Translations under genes and position numbers: made by a program
Shown: positions 1 to 8,843 of the stretch, piece after piece
How positions within the stretch are numbered: the first letter of the stretch is position 1
How the letters are laid out: every line of letters begins with the position of its first letter
The notes under the pieces: model-generated
Database searches by the model: none
Told to the model about the DNA's origin: nothing
What the model saw: the letters and a program-made list of their open reading frames with translations, nothing else
Assembly (NCBI GenBank): GCA_965232815.1
Contig: OZ247427.1
Coordinates: 2,201,602-2,265,601 of the forward strand
DNA from: Dehalococcoidia bacterium
GTDB taxonomy: Bacteria; Chloroflexota; Dehalococcoidia; Lucifugimonadales; UBA3495
Direction of reading: 5' to 3'
DNA length: 64,000 nt

Positions 1-1059
1 GAGATCGGAAAACTGCTCTATCGTGGCTATGACATCCACGATTTGGCCGAAAAGTCCACTTTCGAAGAAATCATTTACCTCGTGCTCTACGGGGAATTGC
101 CCAATAGCGACCAGCTGGCCGAGTTGGACGGTTTCCTGCGCGCCAACCGCCGCATCCCCAACGAGATCATCACGGTCATCGACGCCGTCAAATCTGCGCA
201 TCCCATGGACGTGCTCCAGACTGCGATGATCGGCCTGGCCGCCTTTGACGAGGAATCCGAGGACAACTCCAGGGAAGCCAACGTTCGCAAAGCCCTGCGG
301 CTCACCGCCCAGGCGCCCACCATTGTTACGGCCCACCATCGGGTGCGCAACGGGTTGGAACCGGTCGCTCCCAACCCCGACCTGAACCATGCCGGCAACT
401 TCCTGTACATGCTTTTCAACGAAGTGCCGGACGACGAAACCATCGCCCTGATGGACGTGGACTTCATCCTCCACGCCGAGCATGGCGTCAACGCATCCTC
501 ATTCGCGGCCCGCGTTGCGGCGTCCACCAACTCGACCCTGCACGCCGCAGTGTCCGGGGCCGTGGGAACTCTTAAAGGCCCTGCCCACGGCGGCGCGGCC
601 GAAGAAGTCATGAAGATGTCGATGGAGATCGGCAATCCGGAAAACGCCGAGGAATACGCTCGCCGCAAGTTGGATAACCGAGAGCGCATCATGGGCTTCG
701 GCCATCGTGTGTACCGGGCGGAGGATCCCCGAGCCCGCCACCTGCGCGAACGCTCGCAGGCGTTGGGCGAGAAGCGTGGCGATCCGCGCTGGTTCCAGAT
801 CCTCACCCACCTGTCCGAAGATGTCATGGCTCCGTACCGTGACCGCGGGATTTACGTCAACGTGGACTTCTACGCTGGCTCGATTTATCACCTGCTGGGC
901 ATCGAGTCCGACCTGTTCATACCGATCTTCGCCCTGGGCCGCGTCCCGGGCTGGTCCGCCCAGTGCATCGAGCAGTACGAGAACAACATTCTCCTGCGGC
1001 CGCGACTCCTCTACACCGGCCAGATGGACCGCGAGTACGTTCCCATAGACCAGCGCTAG
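1..1059 (+). CDS. gltA: citrate synthase (5' end outside window)
   Basis: The frame is open from base 1 (EIGKLLYRGYDIHDLAEK precedes the first ATG at 43). It contains GPAHGGAAEEV and the citrate-synthase signature GFGHRVYRAEDPRARHL. Confidence 0.9.
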   Translation, partial: EIGKLLYRGYDIHDLAEKSTFEEIIYLVLYGELPNSDQLAELDGFLRANRRIPNEIITVIDAVKSAHPMDVLQTAMIGLAAFDEESEDNSREANVRKALRLTAQAPTIVTAHHRVRNGLEPVAPNPDLNHAGNFLYMLFNEVPDDETIALMDVDFILHAEHGVNASSFAARVAASTNSTLHAAVSGAVGTLKGPAHGGAAEEVMKMSMEIGNPENAEEYARRKLDNRERIMGFGHRVYRAEDPRARHLRERSQALGEKRGDPRWFQILTHLSEDVMAPYRDRGIYVNVDFYAGSIYHLLGIESDLFIPIFALGRVPGWSAQCIEQYENNILLRPRLLYTGQMDREYVPIDQR

Positions 1060-1086
1060 CCCGGCAAACGGGTCGACCAATGAGTA

Positions 1087-1114
1087 GGGGCGGGTTTCAA
1101 ACCCGCCCCTTTTC
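1087..1114. terminator. GC-rich hairpin between convergent genes (ggggcggg/cccgcccc) followed by TTTT
   Basis: Stem 1087-1094/1102-1109 and a T-run at 1110-1113, located between the gltA stop (1059) and the stop of the minus-strand gene (1133). It is a member of the GTAGGGGCG hairpin family. Confidence 0.6.
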
Positions 1115-1132
1115 GTTGACTGGGTTGGACCC

Positions 1133-2110
1133 TTACCTCGGGTAGACCTCCAGGTTCCCCAGGTGAACTTCCGCCACGATCTCGCTTTCGTCCTCGTGAT
1201 CGTGACCATCGTGGGTATCGTGCCCACCGTGGCCGTGTCCGTCCGATGCAGAGCCCTGACCCACGTCGGGAACAGTTACGGTGATTGTGTCCTCGGCTAC
1301 TCTGCCGTTGTACACCAAGTCCCGGTGATCGTTGGTGTTCAATGAGACCCTGATTTCGTGATCTCCGGGCGGCAGGCTTTCGATGTGATAGCTGGACTCG
1401 AACACTCGGCTCAGTTTCTCTCCGTCCACATAGATGTGGGCATGTCCGGCGCCGGCAGCGTGCGCTTGATCAACCAATTCGGGCGCAAAGCGCATGCCTT
1501 CAGCGGCTATCGCCACATCCACGGAACCCTGCGCATCGACCTCAGCCGTGATTGAGACGCTCACCGGGGCGTCCGAGACAAACGTCTCTGTGGCAGCGCC
1601 ATCGTGTCCGTGCTCGCTGGAGTGGTCAGCGTCCTCCATCTTTCCGGCAGCGAAGACGTGGAAGTTGATGCCGAATGCCCCGGCGCTTTCGGCTTTGAAT
1701 TCCAGTTGCCCCGGGTGTTCCGGTGACACCTCCGCTGTCAGGTCGTATCCGTGCAGGTGTATTTCCCCATGTTCATCCGCGGTGAACTTGAGGCGCACGG
1801 TGTCGCCCTGCGTTACGCGTAGGTCTTCCCGAGTCAATGTGGTGGCGCGGTTGGCGATGGCCAGGTCTATCACCCTGGCGTCATCGCTCGCGGTTGTGCC
1901 GCCCGCACCGTCGCTGGAACGGGATTGAGAGTCATGGGTGTGGCTCTCGCCGGAAGGCGGGCTCGCCGATGCTGTGTCGGCAGCGGGCGCTTCGGGTTCG
2001 GCTTGCGCGGTGGTTCCGCAGGCGGCCAGCACCGGTACCACGACTAATGCGAGCAATAATGCCAGCCAAAACGCCGGCCGGCGCAGTTCTGCGTGATTCA
2101 GTCGCATCAC
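1133..2110 (-). CDS. secreted His-rich lipoprotein, putative metal-binding (cupredoxin-like / DUF4399-like motifs)
   Basis: Signal peptide with lipobox (VVVPVLAAC), motifs EIHLHGYDL and GHAHIYVDGEKL...PPGDHEIRVSL, and a C-terminal tail HGHGGHDTHDGHDHEDE. The family assignment is by motif resemblance only. Confidence 0.6.
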   Translation of the reverse strand: MMRLNHAELRRPAFWLALLLALVVVPVLAACGTTAQAEPEAPAADTASASPPSGESHTHDSQSRSSDGAGGTTASDDARVIDLAIANRATTLTREDLRVTQGDTVRLKFTADEHGEIHLHGYDLTAEVSPEHPGQLEFKAESAGAFGINFHVFAAGKMEDADHSSEHGHDGAATETFVSDAPVSVSITAEVDAQGSVDVAIAAEGMRFAPELVDQAHAAGAGHAHIYVDGEKLSRVFESSYHIESLPPGDHEIRVSLNTNDHRDLVYNGRVAEDTITVTVPDVGQGSASDGHGHGGHDTHDGHDHEDESEIVAEVHLGNLEVYPR

Positions 2111-2155
2111 GAAAATCCTCCGTTGCGTTTAAATCGAAAACGGTTGCGTGAGGAT

Positions 2156-2641
2156 TTACGAGATCGGCGGCGGCAGTGGCGGAGCGACGCTTTGTTCCTC
2201 CGGTTGCCTCATGACGGCAGCGAACGGAGCCAGCGGATTGGACTCTTTTCCAGATGGTGGCGCCGGACGCAACGCCTCCGGTGCGTTGTGCCAGGGTGCG
2301 TTCAAAACTGCCAACAGCATGCCGACGGTGGGGTCGGTCAAATATACCGTCGATCCTGCGCCGTTCCAGCCGCCACCGTCCTTGCCTGCTATCGTCGCGC
2401 TGCCGTGCCGGTGCGCTGTTCTGCTTTCCAGCAGGTGTTGATGTTCTGCAGCCCGGCCGTCCAGATATATATGGGCATGCGCATGCGACCGTTCGGCGAA
2501 GTGGTGGTCGTCCAGCGGGCCCACAATGGGGAGGGCGAGCGCAAGCAATGCGAATGCCAGAAGGAACATCCGCGCCAACGATGGCGGCTCGTACGCTTGG
2601 TGAGGCGGATGGCGTTGTATGACGCTGGCGCGGGTTTTCAT
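2156..2641 (-). CDS. hypothetical membrane-anchored His-rich protein
   Basis: Hydrophobic segment MFLLAFALLALALPIV followed by HAHAHIYLDGRAAEH, which echoes the HAHIYVDG motif of the neighbouring gene. No clear RBS, and the start is uncertain. Confidence 0.4.
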   Translation of the reverse strand: MKTRASVIQRHPPHQAYEPPSLARMFLLAFALLALALPIVGPLDDHHFAERSHAHAHIYLDGRAAEHQHLLESRTAHRHGSATIAGKDGGGWNGAGSTVYLTDPTVGMLLAVLNAPWHNAPEALRPAPPSGKESNPLAPFAAVMRQPEEQSVAPPLPPPIS

Positions 2642-2657
2642 GGCCGGAGTGAGTGCG

Positions 2658-4089
2658 GTAACTGCTCAGAGTTGGGGGGAAGTGAGCAGTTGTCGGCAGG
2701 CGGTGAGGGTGTTGAGGTTTTGGGCCCGCCAAGTGCCGAAGATTGAGGCCAGGGTCATCTTGGTTTGTGTGCCCGTAGGAGAGCGCGTTCCTCCGCTGAT
2801 CTTGCGGCTGATCACAACGGGGCGCAGGCTGCGCTCGGCGGCGTTGTTGTCCGGTGGCACCTCCGGCTCAGCCACGAAGACGAAGAGTTCCTTGATATGG
2901 CTCTCCATGCGTCGGCACAACCTGGCCTGGGCGGCCGATGGGTCATTCAGGTAAGGACGGCAGAGGGCCAGCAGTCGTTGCTCCAGAGTTAGTTGGGCAA
3001 TGCGCCTCTGCTGCGCTGAAGGATGGGTGAGGGCAGTGGCCTGACGATAGAGTTGGTAGACGGCGTCAGCCCACCGGGCCAGGGAGCCATCCTCTGGGTA
3101 GAGGACCCGCAGGTCGTGGATGTCACGCAGCAGGTGTACCCAGCAGCGTTGCTTGGGGCCGTCGTAGTGGTGGTAGGCGGCGTAGAAATCGCTGACCAGC
3201 ACGCCAGCAAACTCCTCACCCAGCACTTCATCCACCACCGCCTTGCCCCGACCCCGCCGCAGGAAGTACCGCAGGCGAGGGGCGCTGAAGGTCCACACGT
3301 AGCCGTTGCGTCCGTCCTCCCGCCAGCCGGTCTCATCGGCGTGGACCACCGGACTGCCCCGGACCCGTTCCAGTATGTCCGCCAGTTCAGCTTGGGCCTT
3401 TTGGGCTACCCTTCGGGTGGCATCCACGATGGCCCCCACGCTGAGATGCAGTCCATGCACGGTGTCCAGGTACCATTGGATGGTGCGCAAGGGCAGCCTG
3501 GCCTCCTCGCGCAACGCGGCAATCAGGCTCACCAGGTTGATGCCCAATCGCTGGCGGTCCAGCACCACGCCCTCCAGTTGCGCTGGTGTCATACAGCAGC
3601 GCTGGCACTGTGGGCAGGTGCGGGCGAGGTAAGCGTGCTCGGTCACCTCCACCGGAACCTGGGGCAAGTCGATGACTTCCCGTGTCCTCTGGGTCCAACC
3701 GCCCGACAACTGGGTTCCGCAGTCGGGACACTGGGCCACCGCATGCTCCACCCGCTGGGTGGGCGTCATGCGCGTACGGGCAAAACCGTGGCGCCGAGGT
3801 TTGCGTGGTTGCTTGGGCTGATCTGGCTTCTGCGCGGCTTTGGGCTTCAGACCGGGCATCCGGCCCGAGCCTTTGGATTTGGCTCGCCCTTCCAGCTGGA
3901 CAATCCGTTTCTCCAGGCTCTCGATGATGGCCTGCTGCCGGACGATGATGCCCATTAGCACATCGCGATCAGCGGTGGACAGGTCATTTCCCGGATCCAT
4001 TCCCGGTATATGACATAACCTCCACTTCCCACGCCAGCCATCCCCAAACGTCTTCCGACCAATTCAACTCACCAAGGTTGAACAGTTGG
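2658..4089 (-). mobile_element. IS66-family insertion sequence (single-ORF type) with 8-bp target-site duplication
   Basis: TGAGTGCG occurs at 2650-2657 and again at 4090-4097. The element ends GTAACTGCTCA (2658-) and the reverse complement of 4079-4089 (CCAACTGTTCA) form an imperfect inverted repeat. Length is about 1432 bp, and the transposase stop lies inside the terminal repeat. Confidence 0.75.
2666..4000 (-). CDS. IS66 family transposase
   Basis: 444 aa with an N-terminal coiled-coil/Lys-Pro-rich region, zinc-finger-like CPDCG...CPQCQ and HADETGWRE, which is typical of the IS66 TnpC-type DDE transposase. Confidence 0.9.
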   Translation of the reverse strand: MDPGNDLSTADRDVLMGIIVRQQAIIESLEKRIVQLEGRAKSKGSGRMPGLKPKAAQKPDQPKQPRKPRRHGFARTRMTPTQRVEHAVAQCPDCGTQLSGGWTQRTREVIDLPQVPVEVTEHAYLARTCPQCQRCCMTPAQLEGVVLDRQRLGINLVSLIAALREEARLPLRTIQWYLDTVHGLHLSVGAIVDATRRVAQKAQAELADILERVRGSPVVHADETGWREDGRNGYVWTFSAPRLRYFLRRGRGKAVVDEVLGEEFAGVLVSDFYAAYHHYDGPKQRCWVHLLRDIHDLRVLYPEDGSLARWADAVYQLYRQATALTHPSAQQRRIAQLTLEQRLLALCRPYLNDPSAAQARLCRRMESHIKELFVFVAEPEVPPDNNAAERSLRPVVISRKISGGTRSPTGTQTKMTLASIFGTWRAQNLNTLTACRQLLTSPQL

Positions 4090-4173
4090 TGAGTGCGAGA
4101 TTTCGTTGACAGTGAAACAAGCATAGCAGATAATGTCCGGCAAAATGTCGAGTACTCTATAGGAGGCTAAAAG

Positions 4174-5577
4174 ATGGCATCTCAGGACATCGCATTGATG
4201 GCCCACCTGATGCGCCGTGCCGGTTTCGGGGCATCCCGCGAAGAACTGGAAGAGCGGGCGGCCAAAGGCTACGAAGCCACGGTCGAGGAACTGCTCAACC
4301 CCGAAAGCCAACCGGCCATTGACCGCTACGAGCTGGTTCGCTTCCAGCCTTGGACCTGGCGCCCGGGCACCATCCAGGGCATGGGTTCAGCCGAATGGCT
4401 CCACTTCATGGTCACCACCAAGCGCCCGCTCGAAGAGAAGATGGCGCTTTTCTGGCATCAGATTTTTGCCACCGGTGTGTCCAAGGTTGACCACTACGAC
4501 GAGATCACGCGCATGGTCGCCCTGTTCCGCGAAAAGGGCATGGGCAATTACAAAGACCTGCTGCTTGAAGTCGCCAAGAACCCGGCGATGATCTATTGGC
4601 TGGACAACTTCGAAAACCACGCCGACGCAGTCAACGAGAACTGGGGCCGCGAGTTGCTGGAGCTGTTCAGCATGGGCGTCGGCACCTACACCGAGGTTGA
4701 CGTTCGCGAAGCCTCCCGCGCCTTCACTGGCTGGACCTTCGAGCCCAAGCTCCCGCGCGGGCCCATCGGCCGCCACGACTGGCAGTTCCAGTACCTGCCG
4801 GAAGATCACGACGACGGCGAGAAGACCTTCCTCGGCGAGTCGGGCAACTTCAACGGCGAAGACATCATCAACATCGTCTGCGAACATCCCGCCACCGCCA
4901 CCTTCGTCGCCCGCCACCTTTACAACTTCTTCGTGGCGGATGAGGCTCAGGTTCCGGCATGGCAGGTGACTCCTCCAAAGGACGAGGACGCCATCGATCT
5001 GCTGGCCGACACCTTCGTGGACTCCGGTTGCGACATGACTGCCGTCCTGCGCGTTCTGTTCAACAGCGACTTCTTCAAGAACGCTCGCTACGCCCGCCTC
5101 AAGAGCCCTGCCGAAGTGGTTGCAGGGACCCTGCGGCTCGTTGGCGGCTTCGACTTCCCCGGGCCCGGCTTGGGCGAAATGGCCCGCCAGCCTACCTACA
5201 TGGGGCAGGACCTGCTCAACCCGCCCAGCGTGGAAGGCTGGCACACCGGCGTCGAGTGGATCAACAGCGGATCCCTGATGCGCCGCATCAACTTCACCGC
5301 CGACATGGTCAGCGACGTCAACCGCCCCGGCATTCGGTCCATGATCAGCCGCATGCAGGCACAGGGCGACCTCACCCCGCAGGCTATGGTGGACAACTGC
5401 CTCGACCTCATGGGCCCCCTGGACGTTGACGATGCCACCAGGCAGGAATTGGTGACCCACGCCGAGACCGCTGGCACCGTTTCCTGGGCTACGGACTCCG
5501 ATGTCAACGCCTCAGAGGAGCGCATCTCCGAAATGCTGCAGCTGATCGTTTCGCTGCGCGACTACCAGTACGCCTGA
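4174..5577 (+). CDS. DUF1800 family protein
   Basis: The N-terminus LMAHLMRRAGFGASREELEE is characteristic of DUF1800. A strong RBS (AGGAGG) lies 7 nt upstream. Confidence 0.85.
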   Translation: MASQDIALMAHLMRRAGFGASREELEERAAKGYEATVEELLNPESQPAIDRYELVRFQPWTWRPGTIQGMGSAEWLHFMVTTKRPLEEKMALFWHQIFATGVSKVDHYDEITRMVALFREKGMGNYKDLLLEVAKNPAMIYWLDNFENHADAVNENWGRELLELFSMGVGTYTEVDVREASRAFTGWTFEPKLPRGPIGRHDWQFQYLPEDHDDGEKTFLGESGNFNGEDIINIVCEHPATATFVARHLYNFFVADEAQVPAWQVTPPKDEDAIDLLADTFVDSGCDMTAVLRVLFNSDFFKNARYARLKSPAEVVAGTLRLVGGFDFPGPGLGEMARQPTYMGQDLLNPPSVEGWHTGVEWINSGSLMRRINFTADMVSDVNRPGIRSMISRMQAQGDLTPQAMVDNCLDLMGPLDVDDATRQELVTHAETAGTVSWATDSDVNASEERISEMLQLIVSLRDYQYA

Positions 5578-5668
5578 CGACCTCAGCGCGGCGTAGCCAC
5601 CACGCCATCGCCGCGCTCACCGTCTCGGAATCCGCGCACGCGGAACGATACTTACAGGAGCAAGCAAC

Positions 5669-6796
5669 ATGACCTCTACGAAGAAAGACCCGGTTCTCGT
5701 AGTCCTGCAGCTCAGCGGCGGCAACGACTACATGAACACCGTCATCCCCCACGCTGAGCCGCTGTACCGTGAAAAGCGGCCCGTGGTTGGCGTGCCCGAT
5801 GAGCGCATCCTCAAGCTGAACGATAGCATCGGTCTCCACCCCGAACTGGCGCCTCTGCGCCGATTCTGGGACTCTGGCGACATGGCTATCATCCACGGCG
5901 TCGGATATGCCAACAGCCCGCGCAGCCATTTCCGCAGCATGGACATCTGGCACACTTGCGAGCCCGACACGCTGGGCACCGAGGGCTGGCTGGGTCGCGT
6001 TACCCGCGACATCGACCCCCACAAGGAAAATGTCGTAACTGCGGTCAGCTTCGGCCCGAGCCTGCCCCGCGCCCTGGCTCTCTCCGGCGTCCCCGTCGCG
6101 TGCGTGGATGACCTGGAAAACTTCGGCATGCTGACCAGCATCCAGGAAGAGATGCAGCGGGAAAAGATCATCGACCGCTTCTCGCGCCTCTACTCCCCCA
6201 CCATCGGCAGCGGCTTCGTCATGGACTACCTGGGCCAGACCGGTTTGGACGGCCTCAAGGCTGCCGACATCCTCAAGGTGGCGCCTGAGCAGTACAGCAG
6301 CTCTGTCGAGTACCCCGACACTCCCATCGCCCGGAAGCTCAAGGGAATCTCCCAGGTGCACCAGGCCGGACTGGGCAGCCGGGTCCTCTACTGCGACCAT
6401 GGCAGCTTCGACAGCCACTCCAACCAGGTTGGCATGCACGATGGGCTGTGGCGCGATGTCTCCGCCGGCGTGTCCAGTTTCTTTGACGACCTGCGGGAAA
6501 ACGATGCCGCCGACAACGTCATCCTGATGATGTTCTCCGAGTTCGGCCGCCGCGTCCACGACAACGGCAGCGGAACCGACCACGGTGCCGCCGGACTGGT
6601 TCTCGTCATGGGCGACCCGATCAAGGGCGGAGAGTACGGTGAATACCCGTCCTCCAAGCCTGAGGACCTGGAACAGGGCGACCTCGTACCCGGCACCGAC
6701 TTCCGCGGCGTCTACTCCACCATCCTGGAAGATTGGATGGGCCTGGACGCCAACCCCATCGTCGGTGGACAGTTCGAAAAGTTGGCCTTCGTCTAA
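5669..6796 (+). CDS. DUF1501 family protein (sulfatase-like fold)
   Basis: LQLSGGNDYMNTV, CDHGSFDSHSNQ and GSGTDHGAAG motifs, with an RBS (GGAG) upstream. It forms the usual pair with DUF1800. Confidence 0.85.
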   Translation: MTSTKKDPVLVVLQLSGGNDYMNTVIPHAEPLYREKRPVVGVPDERILKLNDSIGLHPELAPLRRFWDSGDMAIIHGVGYANSPRSHFRSMDIWHTCEPDTLGTEGWLGRVTRDIDPHKENVVTAVSFGPSLPRALALSGVPVACVDDLENFGMLTSIQEEMQREKIIDRFSRLYSPTIGSGFVMDYLGQTGLDGLKAADILKVAPEQYSSSVEYPDTPIARKLKGISQVHQAGLGSRVLYCDHGSFDSHSNQVGMHDGLWRDVSAGVSSFFDDLRENDAADNVILMMFSEFGRRVHDNGSGTDHGAAGLVLVMGDPIKGGEYGEYPSSKPEDLEQGDLVPGTDFRGVYSTILEDWMGLDANPIVGGQFEKLAFV

Positions 6797-6916
6797 AGGC
6801 GCAAGGGTTCCGGTCTCCGGGACGCGCCGACGGGCAGCAAAGGCCGGGGCCGGCGGGTGCGAATCTGCTGGCCCCGAACATTTGAGACAACACACTAGCA
6901 GCAAGCAGGTAAAACT

Positions 6917-7978
6917 ATGCTTACGCAGATCGCAAAGGGTCGCGTGTACGACTACAGCCATTCGGTCGGACGCGGCGCCGCCTCCGGAATGGGTTTCAGC
7001 CAACCCACTTCAATGGCTTTTGAGGGCAACACGGTATACGTGCTGAACCGGGGCATCGAAGGCATCTCCAACGTGCCGTGGAACAAGCTGGCTTATGGCG
7101 CCCGTGTCAGTATCATCGATTTGGGCGAAAACCCCGGCGACGAAGAGTTCACCGGCGAGTTCGGGAAGTATGGGGACCGCGACGGCGAGTTCATCTGGCC
7201 CTCCGGCATGGTGCTCGCCCCCAACGGCCATCTCTACATCGCTGACGAATGGCTCAACGAAGTCTCGGAGTTCGACAAGGGCGGCACGTTCATCAACAAG
7301 TGGAGCGCGGTCCCGGACGACGGCAAGGAACACGCCACCTCCAGCCTGGCGGTCGACGCTGACGGAAATATCTACTGCACCGATGGTCGCAGCCACCAGG
7401 TCCGCAAGTTCACCGGCGAAGGCAAATTGATCACCAGTTGGGGATCTTTGGGCGACGGCAACGGAGAGTTCAATTCCCCGTGGGGTATCACGGTCGACCA
7501 GAGCGATGGGTCCGTCTACGTGGCCGACCACCGCAATCACCGCGTGCAGAAATTCACCGCGTCCGGCCAGTGGCTGATGCAGTTCGGAGAACCCGGTACC
7601 AAGCGCGGCCAGATGCACCTCCCGGTGAAGGTCACCATCGATCACCAGGGCGATGTGTACGTCGCGGACTGGAGCGACAACGGCATGCACCCGGGCCGTG
7701 TCCATATATTCGACAAGGAAGGCAACTTCATCATCTCCCTAATCGGCGATGCACAGCAGTTGAGCAAGTGGGCCGACATGACGGTGGTTGCCAACGCCGA
7801 CTATCTGAAGCGGCGCCGTGAGGTTTCCACCACCGAGTCCGAGTGGCGGTTCGCCCTGCCCACCGACCTGCATTTCGACGAAGACAGTGGCCGCCTCGTG
7901 GTGCTGGATGCCCAGCGCAGCCGGCTGCAGATCTACAACAAGATGGACAACTACCTGGTTCCTCAGATGAACCTGTGA
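6917..7978 (+). CDS. NHL-repeat beta-propeller protein
   Basis: Repeated units of the form GEFxxPxGxxVDxxGxxYVADxxNHRVQKF. Confidence 0.8.
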   Translation: MLTQIAKGRVYDYSHSVGRGAASGMGFSQPTSMAFEGNTVYVLNRGIEGISNVPWNKLAYGARVSIIDLGENPGDEEFTGEFGKYGDRDGEFIWPSGMVLAPNGHLYIADEWLNEVSEFDKGGTFINKWSAVPDDGKEHATSSLAVDADGNIYCTDGRSHQVRKFTGEGKLITSWGSLGDGNGEFNSPWGITVDQSDGSVYVADHRNHRVQKFTASGQWLMQFGEPGTKRGQMHLPVKVTIDHQGDVYVADWSDNGMHPGRVHIFDKEGNFIISLIGDAQQLSKWADMTVVANADYLKRRREVSTTESEWRFALPTDLHFDEDSGRLVVLDAQRSRLQIYNKMDNYLVPQMNL

Positions 7979-8000
7979 TCCATTCTAACGGATAGCACGT

Positions 8001-8032
8001 GTAGGGGCGAATCAACATTCGCCCCTACTTTT
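8001..8032 (+). terminator. hairpin GTAGGGGCGAAT/ATTCGCCCCTAC followed by TTTTA
   Basis: A perfect 12-bp stem with a 4-nt loop, 23 nt after the NHL gene stop. Same hairpin family as 1087, 43368 and 48735. Confidence 0.6.
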
Positions 8033-8047
8033 ACCCACGCGGCAGAT

Positions 8048-8374
8048 ATGATTACTCAGGCTCAGGAACCCGAATACGTCCAACTGGCGGAGGCGTCCCC
8101 TGCCATGCTGTGCCGCGACGCGCCCCCTGAAATTCTGGAAGCGTGCGCCCTCGACAACGAGCCCACGCCGTTCCTGGAGCAGTTCTTCGAGGCGGGGATT
8201 CGCGCTCATGCTCGTGCGGCCCACGGGCGTGAACTGCCGCAAATGTACGTGAACAACGCCATACTCGTGCTGTGGTTGCGGGCTTGCCGCCTCTACACCA
8301 ACGGTCTCTTGGGCGTTACGGACCCGGACTGGGAGAAGGGATTTTTCTCCAGCGTCGACGTGACACCCAGCTAA
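8048..8374 (+). CDS. hypothetical protein
   Basis: An open frame only, with no recognisable motif and no clear RBS. Confidence 0.3.
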   Translation: MITQAQEPEYVQLAEASPAMLCRDAPPEILEACALDNEPTPFLEQFFEAGIRAHARAAHGRELPQMYVNNAILVLWLRACRLYTNGLLGVTDPDWEKGFFSSVDVTPS

Positions 8375-8493
8375 ATCGGTTATCTCTCTGGTAGCCTTTG
8401 GCTAGGCCTGATGAATCAGTCGAACCTAATGGAGCGGACTAAAACGTCGTGTAATATTTCGGTTATCCGCTTTTTGGCAGGGACGGAGGATAC

Positions 8494-8778
8494 TTGGTGG
8501 ATAGCAACAGAGCCAGTCGATCTAGGGAATTTTGGCGGCACAACATTTTGGAGGCAGTGGATGCTCAAGAAGGAGTGGTATCGTTGGGTAGCATTTACGG
8601 TTGGCTTGAAAACAATGCTAACCTCACGGATGCTGAACTAGATGCCAGCCCTTGGGGTGGCCGCCCTTGGTTTCATCACAGTGTCAGATACAATATCACG
8701 CCCATGGTCCGAGATGGCGCGTTGGTTAGGGTCGGCAGAGGGTTATATCGGTTGCCCGATGACCAACGATTTGTTTGA
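8494..8778 (+). CDS. small winged-helix-like protein (Mrr N-terminal-like)
   Basis: It lies in a visibly more AT-rich stretch (about 8380-8840). The pattern WFHHSVRYNITPMVRDGALVRVGRGLYRL resembles the Mrr_N/wHTH ending in GxYxL. This is a memory-based resemblance. Confidence 0.45.
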   Translation: MVDSNRASRSREFWRHNILEAVDAQEGVVSLGSIYGWLENNANLTDAELDASPWGGRPWFHHSVRYNITPMVRDGALVRVGRGLYRLPDDQRFV

Positions 8779-8843
8779 TGATGTTATTTGTAAGACGTTT
8801 GCGTAACTGTGTTTGTCGCCGCCCATTGCAGGGATAGTCGATT

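Noticed and set aside
5504-7003. 499-aa minus-strand ORF
   Set aside because: It is antisense to the well-supported DUF1501 gene and has a low-complexity Ala/Gly/Val-rich translation, typical of shadow ORFs in GC-rich DNA. The same reasoning applies to 43359..44432, 44870..46120, 50207..51208, 51527..52735, 55770..57140, 29830..30777 and 31489..32253.
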